DNA of 48,492 nucleotides from Catajapyx aquilonaris (Eukaryota): NCBI GenBank assembly GCA_000934665.2, contig JYFJ02002952.1, positions 1 to 48,492 of the forward strand, read 5' to 3'. Shown piece by piece: positions 47,701 to 48,492 of this stretch (position 1 is its first letter; each line of letters starts with the position of its first letter). The notes under the pieces were generated by a model. It saw only the letters and a program-made list of their open reading frames with translations, ran no database searches and was not told where the DNA came from. The position numbers and the translations under genes were made by a program.

Positions 47701-48492
47701 TTTGAACATTGTTGTTGGTCGAGACTAATACATATCAGCCTCTTTCGTCGCTGTGGAGTGTTAAGTGTTAGTAGTTATTTTTCTAACTTATTCGGAACCA
47801 TTCAAACTCCGGCCTTATACGATGTGACATATAGTCTCACATGATGGGGCCGGCTGAACCACTCTCCGTTCTTGACTGACGGCTATGCCATCACATAAAT
47901 GTCGTTGGAACTCTTCCTGCTTGTCTATATTGAGCCAGATATTGCTTCATAATTACAGTGATGCCAGTTCAGTTCAGACCACTTGTTGAAACTGTCACAT
48001 CTTGTCTGACTGTGAATATCTTTCATCTTCATCTTCACGCCAATAAGGCACGGGCAACATCATCAATTTTTATTCTGCCCATCACAGCACATAAGGTTGA
48101 CTCTAATGCGTATTACGACCAGGACATAACATAAGACGTCCTTATCTGCCCTCACGACGAATAGTACGAAAGTGTAGGGTGAGTGTAGTAGATTAAGTGT
48201 CGAGAACTTATTATTTCCGTAGCGTCATTTATAATTTTCCTGTGATGAAATTAATTGTATAGTCATGAAACTATCACTCACCCGGGTTTACTCTGCTTGT
48301 CAAGTAATAACTTTTGTCGTTATACCGCGTAGGACATTATTTCCTAATTATTCATGCAAATATTATCCAAAAATTAACAAATTATGATAATAATCTGTTA
48401 CCTAAAAATGGTGCCATATGTAGCACAATGGGAGCTTAGTCTGAGTGGTTCCAGTCGAAAAATACATAGTGGTTGCCAATTTTCTGGCAATT
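41789..48492. repeat. Mosaic of shuffled local segmental duplications, no intact gene
   Basis: 44022-45232 ~ 46993-48492 (second copy has a ~290-bp insert, 47829-48119); 42447-42863 ~ 46915-47730 with internal deletion; 41789-41884 ~ 46825-46922; 43251-43480 ~ 45014-45222; 43674-44022 ~ 46115-46418. Confidence 0.85.

Overview
Eukaryotic, intron-containing DNA, most likely arthropod (inferred from a peritrophin-A/CBM14 gene, group III PLA2s, an arthropod-type tRNA-SINE and TATA+TCAGT promoters). Introns are mostly 50-80 nt, so the ORF track fragments most genes; the gene models here were rebuilt by hand from GT-AG sites with phase checking. In order: five two-exon secreted Kazal-type inhibitor genes (0.2-6.8 kb); a MITE/SINE/(AAT)n-rich spacer; a 7-exon SPPL3 intramembrane protease; three tandem secreted group III phospholipase A2 genes with a hidden 3-exon, 70-aa cysteine-rich prepropeptide gene between two of them; a 4-exon secreted CBM14 protein; a hidden 3-exon, 101-aa single-pass membrane protein with a 17-Cys tail; a CCDC74/CCDC92-family gene; an uncharacterised acidic protein; an ISOC1-like gene whose catalytic Cys is replaced by Val; and about 7 kb of shuffled segmental duplications with no intact gene. 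The best candidate for an undescribed system is the Kazal + PLA2 + novel peptide + CBM14 secreted-protein neighbourhood, which resembles a venom or saliva toolkit. That reading is inference and needs expression data.
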